Shown one piece after another: positions 38,010 through 53,199 of a stretch of DNA of 64,000 bases. Source of the stretch: Eledone cirrhosa (Eukaryota). The stretch lies in NCBI GenBank assembly GCA_964016885.1, contig OZ024745.1, positions 74,710,001-74,774,000 on the forward strand, given 5' to 3'. Positions within the stretch are counted from its first letter, which is position 1; each line of letters starts with the position of its first letter. The notes beneath the pieces were generated by a model. That model was not told where the DNA came from and searched no databases. It worked only from the letters and a program-made list of their open reading frames with translations. Both the position numbers and the translations under genes were made by a program.

Positions 38010-41000
38010 GTGTCTGGCCTGTGTGCCTGCCTCCACTAATGTTATTGAAAAACAACAACAACAACAAAAACCAATGACTGTATCTTCCTCTACCATTGTT
38101 ACTGAACAACGGCGGAAACCTATGACACTGGCTTCTACTGCTGTTCTTGTGGGAGAACATCAGAAACAACAACAACCCATGTCTTCCACTCCCAGTACAT
38201 CTCAACACCAACAACTGGTGACTGTGTCTTCCCCTACCATTCCCGTGGAGGAACATCATCATCACCAACAACAACAACAACAGCAACAACCTGCGACTGT
38301 GTCCTCCCCTGCCATTCCCGTGGAGGAACATCATCATCACCAACAACGACAGCAGCAGCAGCAGCAACAACAACAACAACAACCGACCAGTACAGATTTT
38401 GCGGAACTGCAACTAATGATTTCTGCTCTGAGAAGGGAAGTTGCAGGAATAAAGGCAAGCATTCGGGTAGGGCCCCACAATGAGGGGTCTTATCGGAATG
38501 CCTTGCTAAAGAATCTCCCTGTACCTCTTGCTGAAAAGACTGAAAAGACTGCGGAATCTGCTACCCATGAAGTGATTGCCATTGGGGTACCAGAGGACAA
38601 GGCTGATCTTCAGGCATTTGCTGCCAGCTCAGCCAAAGACCTAGGCTGTGTTCCCCCAAAGGGTGCTCTCCGCCTTGGTCGACCTGGTCCAAAACCCAGA
38701 CTCATCAGGCTGTCTTTTTCGGACCCCGCAGAGGCAACCTCATATCATCTGGCCTCTGCTAAAGCTGGGCGTGAAAATCGGATTACCTTCCGAACACGCC
38801 CAGGCCTACCACCCCATGTACGTCCAAAGCTACGTGCTGCAGCTTCCTTGAATCGGAACTCAGCACAACATGAAAGTTTTAGTCTGCGTGATGATGGGCA
38901 GATCTGGAGGTTTGTCAAGGCTGGTGAAACGTGGAAGAGAGATACCAGCTGGTCTGAGTGTGATCTACCCACAATAACTGGCAATGTAAACTCTGCTACA
39001 ACTCTTGGAAACTAAACCAGAACAACCTGCCACCCTCTACACACCATCATAAACTGCGAGCAGGGTACAAATTGTACATGGGCACATTCCTTACTCTGTG
39101 ATGGGGTTTTCAGCATTACTGGGTACAACCTTTTCCGCAAGGGACACATTAACCGCCGTGGTGGTGGTGTGATGGTCTACGTTCGTTCAAACTTTTCGGT
39201 AATTCCTTGCGTTGATTTGAACGAATCACAGGAAGAAGTTTTTGTCTGTGACATACGTATGACCATGTCAACACTTCTGCTTGGTGTTATTTATCGCCCC
39301 CCAAACTACCATCAGGACACACAGCTTTGCGATATCCTCAGAGTTGCTGCCAAGAAAACAGCCACTTATGTGTTTATTGCAGGTGACTTCAATCATCCTG
39401 AGATCGATTGGGAAACCTTTCGTTGGCCACAAGGTGCAAACGATTTCCTTGAACTAGTGCTGGACTCAAACTGGTCACAAGTAGTCACCTCTCCAACAAG
39501 AGGTGACAACACTTTGGACCTGATCTTCACCACTACTCCTGAAGTGGTTATCAGTTGTACTACTGAGGAACCTCTAGGCGACTCTGATCATGCTATGATC
39601 ATTGCCAATCTGGCACTTGAGGGCAGCAACAAAAACCAGAGCCATCTCCAATCTGCTTGCTTTGATTGGAAGAGGGCGGATTGGAACTTGTACTGCACTG
39701 AGCTACAGCGCCCAAACTGGCATGAGATGTATAACTCTGGAGATGTGAACTCTATACTCCAGAGCATCCTGGACTCAATATGGATAGCGTGTGCAGCATC
39801 AGTGCCACGGAAGCGGAAAAATAACCACCCCAAAAGTGCAATCTGAGAAACTTCAGCGGTCCGACTTGCCAGGAAAGAACGTCGGAACGCTGAACGGGAA
39901 TATAAACTGCATAAATCAGATGCCAACAGAAAAAAAGCGGAATAAATCTTCTAACCATCTCAAGCAAGTGACAAAGAAGGCAGTGCTTGAATTTGAACAG
40001 TGCATCGCAACCAATCCTGACAGTAAGGTGTTCTGGAAATATGTTCATTCAAAGCAGAGACCTCACTCTCCAGTTGGTCCTCTTCGCAATCCCCACACAA
40101 GCCAGATCACTGACGATCCCAAGGAATGCGCAGAACTCATTGCTGAGTGCTATGCAAGTATTTTTACTGTTGAAAACCAGAATGTACCATCTCCACCATC
40201 TCTAACATCAAATTCCATAACAACTATGGAATTTACACCTGCAATGTTGCGACGTCACCTTAAGAATAAGCGCAACTATGCCTCCCCTGGTCTTGATGGT
40301 GTGACATACCTGCTTCTCAAACGTGGCGGGTATTTCCTTTTGTGCCAGCTTTCTTTCTTCTTTCAATACTGTCTCAACAATGGTGCTACTCCGGAGCAGT
40401 GGAAAACTGCCAGTGTCATTCCCCTGTTCAAAAAGGGCAACCGCATGTCACCTATCAACTATCGTCCAGTCAGTCTTACTAGCTGTATGGCCAAACTGAT
40501 GGAATCCTGTGTCAGAGAAACACTTTGGAACTTCTGGAGCTCTCACAGCCTCATCCGGCCCTCACAGTTTGGATTTATCCCTAACTCCAGCTGCTGCGAT
40601 CAGCTTATCGAGTTCCTTGAGGACATCACCCGGATCACTGACAGCAGCTCATGGGTGGATGTTGTTTACCTTGACTTTGCTAAGGCTTTTAATTCTGTGC
40701 CACACAAAAGACTTATGGCAAAACTCTCTGCAATGGGTGTGAGAGATGATCTTTTCGACTGGTTGAAATCCTTCATTCTCAGCCGAAAAGAAGTAGTCAC
40801 GGTTCTAGGACAGCATTCTTCACCATATGAGATGTCATCTGGTGTGCCACAGGGATCTGTTCTTGGTCCTCTTTTGTTTGTGGCATATATTAATGACATA
40901 GATGCCAACTTACAGAATGCCACGGTACTAAAATATGCAGATGACATCAAGCTGTACCTTGAAATCAAAAGGACTGATCCTGAAATTTACAACTCTTTCC

Positions 41001-42023
41001 TACAATCAGACCTGGACACAATGCAGCAATGGATCACAGACTGGCAACTGAAGCTGGCTGTGGACAAGTGTACCACCATGCATTTTGGAAGGAAAAATCC
41101 AGCGTCCACATACTCCCTCCACAACACTGATATCAAAAAGTCCTCTTGTGAACGTGACCTGGGCATTACTGTCAGCAACGATTTGCGTTGGACAAAGCAT
41201 GTCTCTAAGATTGTCAAGAAGGCCAAGGGTGTCTTGGCATCACTCAGCAAGACCTTTGTTAGCCGCTCTCCAGCTATTTATTTAAAACTGTATACAGCTA
41301 TGGTGCGACCACACTTAGAATTCGCATCATCAGTCTGGAACCCCTATCTTGCTCAGAACATTGACCTCCTGGAAACTGTTCAGAGACGTGCAACCAAGCG
41401 CATACCCTCCATCAGACACCTACCATACTCTGAACGCCTTGCTTCCCTGAGCATGGATTCATTGAAGCTCCGACGTCTGGCAATGGACTTGGTGAATACC
41501 CACAAAGTTTTTAACCATCTCGCCAATTGCAACCCTGAGCGCCTCTTTGATCCCCATGTGTCTAGCACACGTGGACATGCCTACAAGATCAGAAAACAGC
41601 ACAGCTCCCATGACTTTCGTAGACATTTTTTCACGCTCAGGGTTGCTGAAGCATGGAACAAACTGCCTGCGTCAATTGTTAGCTGCCGAGACACTGCATC
41701 CTTTAAGACACTCATGCTTCCCGAAATACGCCAAAACTACACCTGATGTACCCCTTCCATACACATGCACACATGTGTGTATCATGACTCGTGCACTGTT
41801 CATTTTACTGATGTTTGTGCATTGCCCTATGTACTGTACATGCACTTTTTTGATGAGTTGTGGTGCACCTGGGCACTGTACACAATATTTCATTATTATA
41901 TCATGACTCATACACTGTTCATTTTCCTGACATTTGTACATTATTCTATGTACTATACATGCACCTTTGATGAGTTGTAGTGCACCTGAGCACTGTACAC
42001 AATAATTTCATTATTATTATTAT
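38010..42023 (+). mobile_element. Near-full-length CR1/L2-group LINE: polyQ-rich ORF1 (to 39015), ORF2 APE plus RT (~39070-41746, disrupted), doubled 3' UTR, (ATT)n tail
   Basis: APE motifs YRPP, GDFN, LDL, SDH. RT motifs NYRPVSLTS, YLDFAKAFNSVPH, GVPQGSVLGP, YADD. Lesions are a deletion at ~39075, a TGA at 39844-39846 and a frameshift near 39930. Confidence 0.93.
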
Positions 42024-43149
42024 TAATTACTGAGGATTTCTTAAAAGCTGGGAATTGTCTATAAGAATGTATCTATTATGGTTCTGTTTTTTGCTTTGGA
42101 TGTCATGGAACTCTCTTAACATGTGTGGAAATTATACAATGTGGATATTTTCACTACTAACTACAAGAATGTTTGTTGATGACTGAGTCCTGTCTATATA
42201 ACCAACATAATCTTGCTGACAAAATGACTTCTATTTCTACTTATCATATGATGGATGCTATGTAAGTTAAACAAATATAGAAGTTTCAGAAATGACTGTC
42301 AGTTCTTCACCCAACAACCATCATCCATGTGCATCACATGTCCATACCAAAGCAGTGTTCTCTTGAACACCACTTCAGATTCCTCTTAAACCCAGTTTCT
42401 CCCTCAGTTCATCCAAGTTCTGACTTTCTCTCACATTTACATTGCAACTCCAAATGTGGAGTTTTATTTCAATAACAGATGAGTATTAAACATAATCAAA
42501 ATTTACCTAAGAATAGATAGGCTTTTGTTTTAAGGATAGTAATCTACATACAGTGTAAGGGACATCTCTTCTGTAAACAGATAAAACATTTCTAATATGT
42601 AATGCTATTTAAATAATGTGGCAGTAAGATATGAAACTTTAGTGTAGAAGATTTGTGGCAGCTAAAAAGAAATGAGGCATGCATGTTTCACTGGATTTGT
42701 AGTAATACTGTGCATGAACAACAAAGCAAAAGTGAACTGAGAGAAAAGCTGAGTATAAGAGGAATTTAATGTAGCATACAAGAGAGACGATTGTGCTGGT
42801 GTGGGCATGTGATGTGTAAGGAGAGTGAGTTGTTTAAAAAAAAAGGGCCAAGCACTTAAAGTGGATGGAACTTATGGAAATGGCAACCAAAGAAGACATG
42901 GATGAAGTTATGAAGAATGATCTAAAAAAACTGAACCTCACAAAGGAAATGAGCATGTGACAAACTCTCTACATGTGCCACAATAAAACACACCCAATCC
43001 ACTCTGTAAAGTGGTAGTGCTGGTACCACAAATAAAAAACATTCCCAGTACATTCTGTAAGGTTGAGAGCATCCAAACATAAAGACTAATTCATCTGGTC
43101 TTGGATTGTGACAACATATCCAAACCATGTCAGCATGCATGGTCCTGTA

Positions 43150-43458
43150 ACTCCTGAAGGAGTCATAGGGGTGCCACATTGATTCTAGGGCATCTTAAAA
43201 CTTGGTGGAGCCCATCTCCTCTCCAGATCTGAATACAGCAGGTTTCTTCCAGAGAAGGATAGAGAGTGAGAGTATGGAAGTGAGAAAGAAATAGAAGGGA
43301 ACAATCTACCCCAGTACTAGATTGGTACTTTTTTATCAACCTTGAATGGATGATAAAAGGCAAAGTTGACCTCAGCAGAATTTGAATGCAGCGAGCAGAA
43401 ACAAATACTGCAAAGCATTCTATCCAACATTCTAATGACTCTCCCAATTTGCCACCAT
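43150..43458 (-). mobile_element. tRNA-derived SINE (second family, longer 3' body)
   Basis: Same head and central domain type (TTCAAATTC, AACTTTGCCTTT, GATAAAAAAGTACCA). The body is shared with 57215-57480 (+) and 54120-54260 (+). Confidence 0.65.
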
Positions 43459-45362
43459 CAAAATAGTAAGACCCCCTTAGTGTAGACCTTGACTGAGATT
43501 GAACCGCAGACTAGGATCTTCACCATCTCCAATACCTATCACCAGGCTACCCAACATTGAAAACAGATGTAAAAACGACGATGATGATGATAATGATGTG
43601 ATATATAAAAATGTATCACATGGTTATACCAATGTTACAACTATCTAGCATGGTTGCTCATCATAGTATTGTTTCATCTGCAATGCTCCTAGATAACTGT
43701 TACTATTTTATGTGCACTACCAGCCTTTGTAATCCTACATTTCAGCTTTTTATTAATGTTTACATCCTAAAAGAATAGAAAAATAATGTAGCTATCTCAC
43801 ACTTTCATAAGGTAATCTTAAAGAATTTGTAAAATTGAAGATGATTGACTCTGCTGCCAATACCATAAAAAGTGTAGTAGACTTGTCCCTTACAGTTATA
43901 ACATCATGGTTTTTACATTTTCTATGCTGGCATGAGTTGTAGAGAATGTTTTGAGGTAGTGTTTTATGGCCAATTGCCTTTTAAAACATACAGAAATATG
44001 GTGTACCTATTCTAAAAACCAGTATGTACCTAAATTCAAATAAATAAAAATTGTACTGCAAGGCAGCCATCATCCAAGCATGGATGTTATTGTAAACAAT
44101 AGATTGAAAATATGGAAATCTCCACATATCTTCAGAATTCTACTCATCAAAATTTACCCAACCATGTTAAAAAAAAGAAAGACACATTGGTTGATACAGT
44201 CTTAGACAAAAGAAGAGATTTTCAGAACAGGAAGACATGAATATAGGTTTATTCAATCAAGGCCAGCCTGTTGCTAAACAACAACCACTACTAAAGAGAC
44301 ACAATTGACTCCAAGAAGAGATCATAGGATAAAGACAACAAACCATTGGGATTCTCTAATATTCTGTAGACAAACTGGCAACAGACCATTGATATCTTTA
44401 ACTGGTCAATCCATGAAGCAGGTTGTAATGACCAATGCCATTACAACCAAGCTCTAACTCCTTCAGGTGTTTCAAGATGTAGAAGACACTATTTTTAGCT
44501 TTGTCTATGCTACAAAGCTACACAGATTTTATTCAACAATATTTTGTTATAAATTTCAAAACAATTTGAAAGAATCTTGAAATATAATTTGAAAAAGATT
44601 ATTGACTCTCCAGAAAATATCAATTAACACATTATATTTATATTCTTCATTTAAATAAGATTGACTTACAAATAAATGTGAATAAAATACTTCTTAACAA
44701 ATTTCATTGATAAAATTTCAAATATGTTTCTGAGTTATCTATTGTTTTTACATGAATTTAGAGAGAATATTTTCAACAAATCATCTCAATATTTTTCCCC
44801 TCATTATATTTGCATGTCTAAGATGACTTTTGAATGAGAATGATTTTCCAATGTTTTACCACTATTACCATAATCATGATTCATGAGATTTTGTCTCTGT
44901 TAAACAAACTGTAATGAATGATATATGTAGACACACTTTACACTGAATGGTACCTCACATTTATAATAGTTTTATATCTAATGTCTATTCATTTATCAAC
45001 ATTTCACTGACAAATAGTTTCTAATGTGTATCTTCTGATAGACAATAAGCTTATACAAGAAAATATTTCTCTTATTTTATGTGTTAAGTCACATCTCCTC
45101 AGTGAAAATTCAGATTTCGCAGATACATGTTAATAAGATTTTCACAGTCTTCATTTGTGACTTTTCAAACCAGTTATATTTACACGATTTCCCACATATT
45201 TCACGTTTTTCTCCAGTGTCTACATGTGTACATTGTATGCTTTTAAACTTTCCCCCAAAATTCATAAAGAAACAGAGTTTCTCCCAGTATATATTCTAAT
45301 ATGTTTTATGCAACTGCTAAAGGCAAAATATTTTTCACATATTTCAGTGGTGGGGCTTTTCT

Positions 45363-46755
<1,393 letters not shown>

Positions 46756-47139
46756 AGTAATTATTAAGGACTTTCTCAGAAGCTGGGAATTGTCTATGAG
46801 AATGAATCAATTATGGTTGTTTTCTTGGGTATGATGGGCTTGCATACATGTGTGGAAATATTTCCTACTTACCACAAAAATATTTGTTGATAAGTACCGT
46901 ACTGTTGGGGACAAGAAGTCTTCTATTTCTATGAGAAATTTATGAAATGTAGATATGGTTAATGGATGTTACGTAAGTTAAACAAATATAGAAGTTGGGA
47001 GCAGACATTCTGTTGTCATGACAAGTGTTCTATGTCAGTTGGTGTAATGCCGACCATAAAACATTAACATTTACCATAACACGATATATCTATAAACATT
47101 AACTTTCACCATAACACGCTATAACTAGAATGTTATCAA

Positions 47140-47210
47140 TACTAATTAGGTGGTGTCTTTGAGAATTTTCTCCTCTACCAGAATGATACCCGTAACAGAA
47201 GTTCAGAAAA
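47140..47210 (-). promoter_or_regulatory. Remnant exon-1 block of ZF-4
   Basis: TAGGTGGTGTCTTTGAGAATTTTCTCCTCTACCAGAAT matches the conserved block. The donor and acceptor are deleted. Confidence 0.55.
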
Positions 47211-47569
47211 AATTAATTTCACTATACACTCACATTTATATCCAATCCGTTGTTAATCAAAGAACATCAACAAACAAAATAACTATTACATATCAATGAA
47301 TAAGATTCTATGGAGTTTCTATCAGCTAGAAATAGCAAACAGAATTCCCTAAAATCATTGTTTACTTTATTAAAGGGTTAATGTTATAAAAAACAAGATG
47401 ATCGTGGCTGTCAGCTAAATCAAGCTGACCTAGAACCAAACAGCAACACCGTTGAAGTTAAATTATTGAATACATATTAAAATGAGAAAACTCATCACTA
47501 AAACAGCCGTTAAAACAGCTAAATGCTGTCAAAGACAGCGATGGGCAAAAATGCCTCAGAGACCAGCGG

Positions 47570-49545
47570 CTAGTGGTCCCCGAGACCAAGCTGCCGTGCC
47601 CAAGCGGTTGAGTGGTCTCAGTCTGCGCAAATGCACATCTTTGTTTCTACCTTGCTTTCTTTCCTCCATCCACGCTTGCTCCCCTTTAATGCATGACATC
47701 CTCTCCTTCCCAATTGGACTAGTTCCACGAGGGAGTTGGATGAAGCTTTACTACAGTGAAGAGAGCTGGGTTAGTCGGTTCCCGTTTCTGATGAGGATGG
47801 GTGGGAGCAGAGAGCATGGGACAATATGCGTTCGAGGGAAACTTTCAATTCTCTCTCTTTGATCATTCTGATCAATTTTCTAGGTGCTGTTTACTTTCTG
47901 CACAAAGTTCTCGGGTGACTAGATTGATGCCCTGTCTGCAGCCAACACTGGTGGCCTTCTCAGTCAGGACGAGCTCCGCATCTCCATTGCCCTTCGAGTG
48001 GGAGCCGACGCCTGTTGTGGTCTTAGATACTACTCTGGTAGATCTCTCGATTCTACAGGTTTACATGGTTTGTCCTGCCGCCTGAATGCTGGTCGTTTCG
48101 CCCGACAAACTGAGTTAAACCTGATCATCAAACGGGCCCTGGCTCGGGTAAATATCCCCTCAATTCTGGAGCCAGCTGGTTTATCCAGAAGTGATGGGAA
48201 GAGACCAGACGGTCTTACACTTTGTCCATGGGTAAGAGATATGTGTCTTATCTAGGACGTCACAGTCAGTGACACTTTCGCTCCCTCCCATATCATGGAC
48301 GCCGCGGTATATGTGGCAGTTACTTCTCCCGAACAAAATTCGTAAATACTTGGATTTATCCAGTAATTATTTTTCCAGCCTGTGGTGTTCGAGACGTTTG
48401 ATCGAGTTGGGCAGCGAAGATCTTGTCATCGCTGGCGGCCCGTCTCACCGAGGTGTCAGGTGATGCCTGTGAGGGTGCTTGGTTGTTTCAGCGCTTTTTT
48501 AACGAAGGGTATAAATGGAATTTAGTTAGAAGGATTTAACATAATTGTTAGATGAGGTAACATGAATAATAGTTGAAATAACAAGTATAATAAGAATAGG
48601 TGTAATAACGAGAATATAAAGAATAAATTATTTGGTTATATATGGTTTACTTCACGTGAATCAATTAAAAAGTACATATAAAAAAGTTACCAAGAGTTGT
48701 TAAGGTTGACAATGTTTTTGATGTGAAAACAGCGAGCAAACAGATAATGTTGTTGTTATTTGGAGTCCGTGGTAGTAATTCTGAGACCGTAGTGAGTAAG
48801 AGAGAGTAATGGTTTGTATACCTCTGAATTGTCTGTAATTGGTTGTAGACCACTGTGGCTTGTACATGGTCTGTAGTAGTAGGGCTCAAATCTCTCTGTG
48901 TGTATCTGTAGACCTCATGGGGTCTGTTGATAGTGGTGAGTCCTTACATAGTTACTTGCTAGCGTAATGCTCCGATATCTCTGGCTGTAGACTACTGGGG
49001 TCTATTGATAGCAGTGAATCCTTACATAGTTTGTTATAGGTGTAATGCTCTGATGTATCTCGCTTTTCTGTAGACCTCTGGGGTCTGAAGTTAGCGGTTA
49101 ATCTTTACATAATTTGTTGTGTATCCTAGCGCTCCGATGTCTGTGTGTCTAAGGTAGGAAAATATAGGCTTTATATACCTATCGCTTCTTGTCTCCCCTC
49201 TCTTGAGGGGATAGTCAACACATCAACTTGTCTACACCAAAAGGGTGTTGACCTAGAATTTGACCTTTAGGTGTCACCCAAGGTTCAAGGCGCAGACAGA
49301 TTTCGCTACACTTTAGCTGCGCCATCATCCGTGACAATGCTGCGAGCGTATTGTCTTGCCTCAATTGTCGCAATTTGTGGTGAATTGCCCCCACCCCCTT
49401 TTTTTCTTTCTTTTTCAATGTGTTTGTGTATTATATTTTATATACTTGTGTGTATTGTATCTGTTATATGTGTTTATATTTGTGTTTGTATGTTATTTCT
49501 GAAAGAATTGTCAGCAATTTGTAATGTTATTTATGTATATAATTT
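47570..49545 (+). mobile_element. Decayed CRE-clade element (3' half) interrupted by a solo LTR
   Basis: GLHGLSCRLNAGRFARQTELNLIIKRAL..EPAGLSRSDGKRPDGLTLCPW, then DVTVSDTFAPSH (RH..RPD..D REL motif). Resumes at 49311. Confidence 0.78.
48498..49310. mobile_element. Probable solo LTR (813 bp), 4-bp TSD CTTT
   Basis: Ends TTTAACGAA...TTCGCTACA (a degenerate TG..CA inverted terminus). CTTT lies at 48494-48497 and 49311-49314. Three ~80-bp internal repeats at ~48905-49140. Confidence 0.65.
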
Positions 49546-49894
49546 ATAACGTCCTTTAATTATCCATTTACTTTTGTAATAAACTAGTGTATAAAAAAAA
49601 AACACAAGGTGCGTGACAGGCAGATGGAATATAGAAAAGACTAAATTAAATCTCAATTGGGATTATCTGACCATTCCACACATGTATGTAAGGATTACAT
49701 GTATGTTTACGATTACATACATCTGACTATATATCTATGCATGTATGTAGATATGCAAAGGGAATACATAAACAACAGGAAGAGGCCAGCACAGTTCGAA
49801 ATAAAGTCCTTCGTTTTTAATTAAAAATTAAGCCTTAATTATATGTTTCACATAAAAATATGGAATCAAAACGAAAGAAAATATTAATTCAACA

Positions 49895-50620
49895 CTATGT
49901 CAATTGGACACATACCACATGGGACACCAGAGCCTCCCTCTCATACTTTTTGAGACAAGCCAGCACAGTGGCAGTATTACCGCGAGTGATACCAAAGCTA
50001 AGGCACTGGAACAGCCAAACACCCCCACGGGCATCACCAGATACCTCAGTAAGGCCAGCTGCCAACGACGACAAGAACTTCATTGTCAGTGGCCCAGCTC
50101 CCTCAAACTTCTCAAACGCAACAGGCTGCGAAAATAATTTGCCAATAAATCCCAGCATTTTAAAATTTATTCCGTTTACCAAAGTGTCTAAGAGGTGGGA
50201 AGGAGCAAAAGAGTCACTAACTATGGCATCCCAAATGAGACATCTATCTCTTACCCGGAAACAAAGGGTAAGCCTATCTGATCTCTTTCCATCAACTCTG
50301 GACAATCCAGCCGGCTCCAGAATTGAGGGGATATCTACCAGAACCAGGGCCTGCTTAATAATTAAATTTAGTTCGGTATGGCAATCAAAGTGACATGCAT
50401 TCAAGCAGCAAATCAAACTATGAAGACCTGTGGAACCACGGGGCCTACCACAGCAACATTTCAAACCCTCACAGACATCAGCTCCTATTCTAAGTGCAAT
50501 ATAGATGCAGAGCTTATCCAAACTGAGTAAACCACAAATCTTAGCCTAGGCAGGGTGTCAACCCAGTCTCCCAAGTATTTTGCACACACATAAAATAAGT
50601 AGCAACTTGTAAATTGATCA
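49895..50620 (-). mobile_element. CRE-clade REL-domain fragment
   Basis: ORF 49895..50521: CHTELNLIIKQAL, EPAGLSRVDGKRSD, IWDAIVSDSFAPSH, LFQCLSFGITRGNTATVL. Confidence 0.78.
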
Positions 50621-51489
50621 CATTAGTGTAAGGACCACGCCATGCTCATACGTTCCATTTTGGCATGGTTTGTATGGATGGATGCCCTTCCCATCACCAA
50701 CCATTTTACATTTTCTTATGGCACCAACACTATCACTTTAGTATGTACGGGGTATATTTCTTTGTGTTAATGGAGTGTATTGGATGCATTTTATCAATGC
50801 ACAAACAGTCGGACAACCGTTTGCCCTCAGCAAGGCAAAGAGAGGCAAGAATGAGGGAGAGGAATGGGAGTATGATGGAGTGGTACTGTGGGGGGAAACA
50901 ATGGTAGCTACATATTTGTTGTTGAAAGATAAAGAGAGGGAGGTGGGGGAACAGGTGTAGGATTATAGAGGTTGCTGGAAGCGACAGCTAAAAGTAGTGA
51001 ATAGAGCAAGACTCATAGGATTGGTGAATATATATAGGACTATGTAGGCTGCATCGTATAGTGAATATATGGAGTAGGTAGATGAATGCGTATTAGAGGC
51101 AGGGGTGTCTGACAGATCCCAAGCTACCCCAGTTGTATGGCCTGTAAGGTATAGTGAATGAGAGTAATTCATATTCAAAACAAATGAGATAAGGGGCCAA
51201 ATGGTGTTATATTGGACAAGGGACTTAAATATACATATATATTCCAGTCTCTACACTGCCATCTTTCCCACGTTTATATGGAGAAGAGGTAGATTCCCTC
51301 AAACAGCATGCATCACCAATCATTGCATTCCTTTTTCATCTCTGCAGTGAGGTTCAATTTCATCACATCACCCTATGTCTTCATCCACTTCAAGTGCCCT
51401 GCACTTCTTTATGCTGCTATCATCCTCCATATACATTTCATGTCCATATGAAATTTGATAGTGGTACCAACTGAATGGTTTCATGCAAG

Positions 51490-52600
51490 TATCACATGTT
51501 TCTTCAAGAAAAGAATAAGAAACTTTTAACTATCGAGGCCTATCCATTGGAGCTAATATGAACAGGATTCTAGCCAAGATTATATTTGGAAGACTGAAGT
51601 AGTCATGAAAGAACCATTAGCAAAGCACAGTATGGATTCTGCCCAAATCGATCCACTGCTGATGGTATATTTGTTGTTAAGAATGTTAGGATACATTAAT
51701 TGCAGTGTATATTGATTTGACTGCAGCATATGACCATGTACCAAGAAATATTCTCTTTAAAGTGATCCCAATGTGAACAGGAGTTAACATTTGATTGTAA
51801 TTTTACAGAAATTATATGTAGGTACCTCAGCATCTATCAGTGGTATGAAGACTAATTTTGATGTCGCTGTTGCCTGTAAACAAAATGGGCAGGAATCCCC
51901 TTTTATTTTGAATTATACTTTATGTACTAAAAGTTGCAGCAAATTCTATTGATGAAGCTCATAATTTTCATTTGTTGTGCTCATAGGTTTTGGCAGTAGT
52001 ATATATACTGGTTGGATGCCCTTCCTAACACCAGCACCACTTTACAGCATGGACTGGGTGCTTTTATTCGTACCACCAGCACTAGAGAGGTTGTCTTACT
52101 GGACTCAGGGGCCCTCTCTACCACTCCATTTTACAGCATTGACTAGGTGCTTTTATTCGTGCCACCAGCCTAGGGAAGTTGTCTTACTGGACTTAGGGAA
52201 GTTCTTTACCCCGAACCAATTTATTCGGAGTGGTAGCTCTCCTAGACGGGTTGCCTACGCTACGGCTTACAGAGCCTCCGTCCGCCCCGTGTCTGCACTG
52301 AGCGGAATTTGGTTTAACGTGCTATGTGCACAAATATTTAGCATACCCTGAAAATGGGGAATTGAGTTTGAATACAATGTCTCACATACATGTTCAAATA
52401 GAGAGCAAAGGAACAATTGACATTTATGTGGAATTTATGTTATTTGTTGGATTCTATAAGCTGATAACACGGTACTATTTTGTAGCTCAGTAGATGAAGC
52501 CGACAAATTGCGCAATATCATTAACACAGGTAAAAGATTTAGGCTAACAATATCATTCAAGAAAACAAACACTCAAGTGTTCAACAACTGTGGGCTAGCA
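51490..52600 (+). mobile_element. Very old LINE RT fragment, interrupted at ~51960-52340
   Basis: NYRGLSIGANMNRILAK, QYGF..NRSTADGIFVVK, YIDLTAAYDHVPR, degenerate Y/ADN. Confidence 0.6.
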
Positions 52601-53199
52601 GAGAAGTAGTCATTTTTTGTAATAGTCACTTGTTTGATTAAAAAAAATTTTTTTAATTTAAAAAAAAATTTTTTTTTTTATTTGAGCTGAAAATGTTAGC
52701 AAGTTTTACTTGGATTCAGGGAGTCAAGGATGTTGCAAGCCAGCAGGGTGCATGTGATTCATCACCAAATCAATAACAGCAGAACATATGCACCAGTTCT
52801 ACCTGGACTTTGGGAGTCAAAGGTGGTATAATTCTGGCAAAGTTGGTGGCGTGCTCTCAGCCTCTCCACACACCAGACCACAATGCATGAAGAACCACAT
52901 CCTTCGTGAGGTGCCCCTGATTGGAGCACAACACAAGTCAATCTAGAGGAGTCTAACTTTGATAAAATATCCCCTGCTTGGGTGATTGTGAAGCCATGGG
53001 AAGCATCAGGAGAGATGTGCTCATTCAGTGGAAAAGCTTGCAAAAGTCAATGGTGAAAGAATAACCATTTTCAGCAGAGAACCTAAACAGATATAGCTCT
53101 CAAATGCCTCGCTACCATCCTTTCTGCTTTTGTTTCACCCCGCTTGTATGGAGAGGTAGATGCTTTCCAGCATCACACATCACCAATCATTGTGTGCCT

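Noticed and set aside
39791-41746. Autonomous active LINE
   Set aside because: The RT is intact, but the endonuclease has a deletion, a stop and a frameshift, and ORF1 is 5'-truncated.
43478-43552. tRNA-like segment on the minus strand (TAGCCTGGTG...GGTTCAATCTC)
   Set aside because: No convincing cloverleaf. At most a decayed SINE head.
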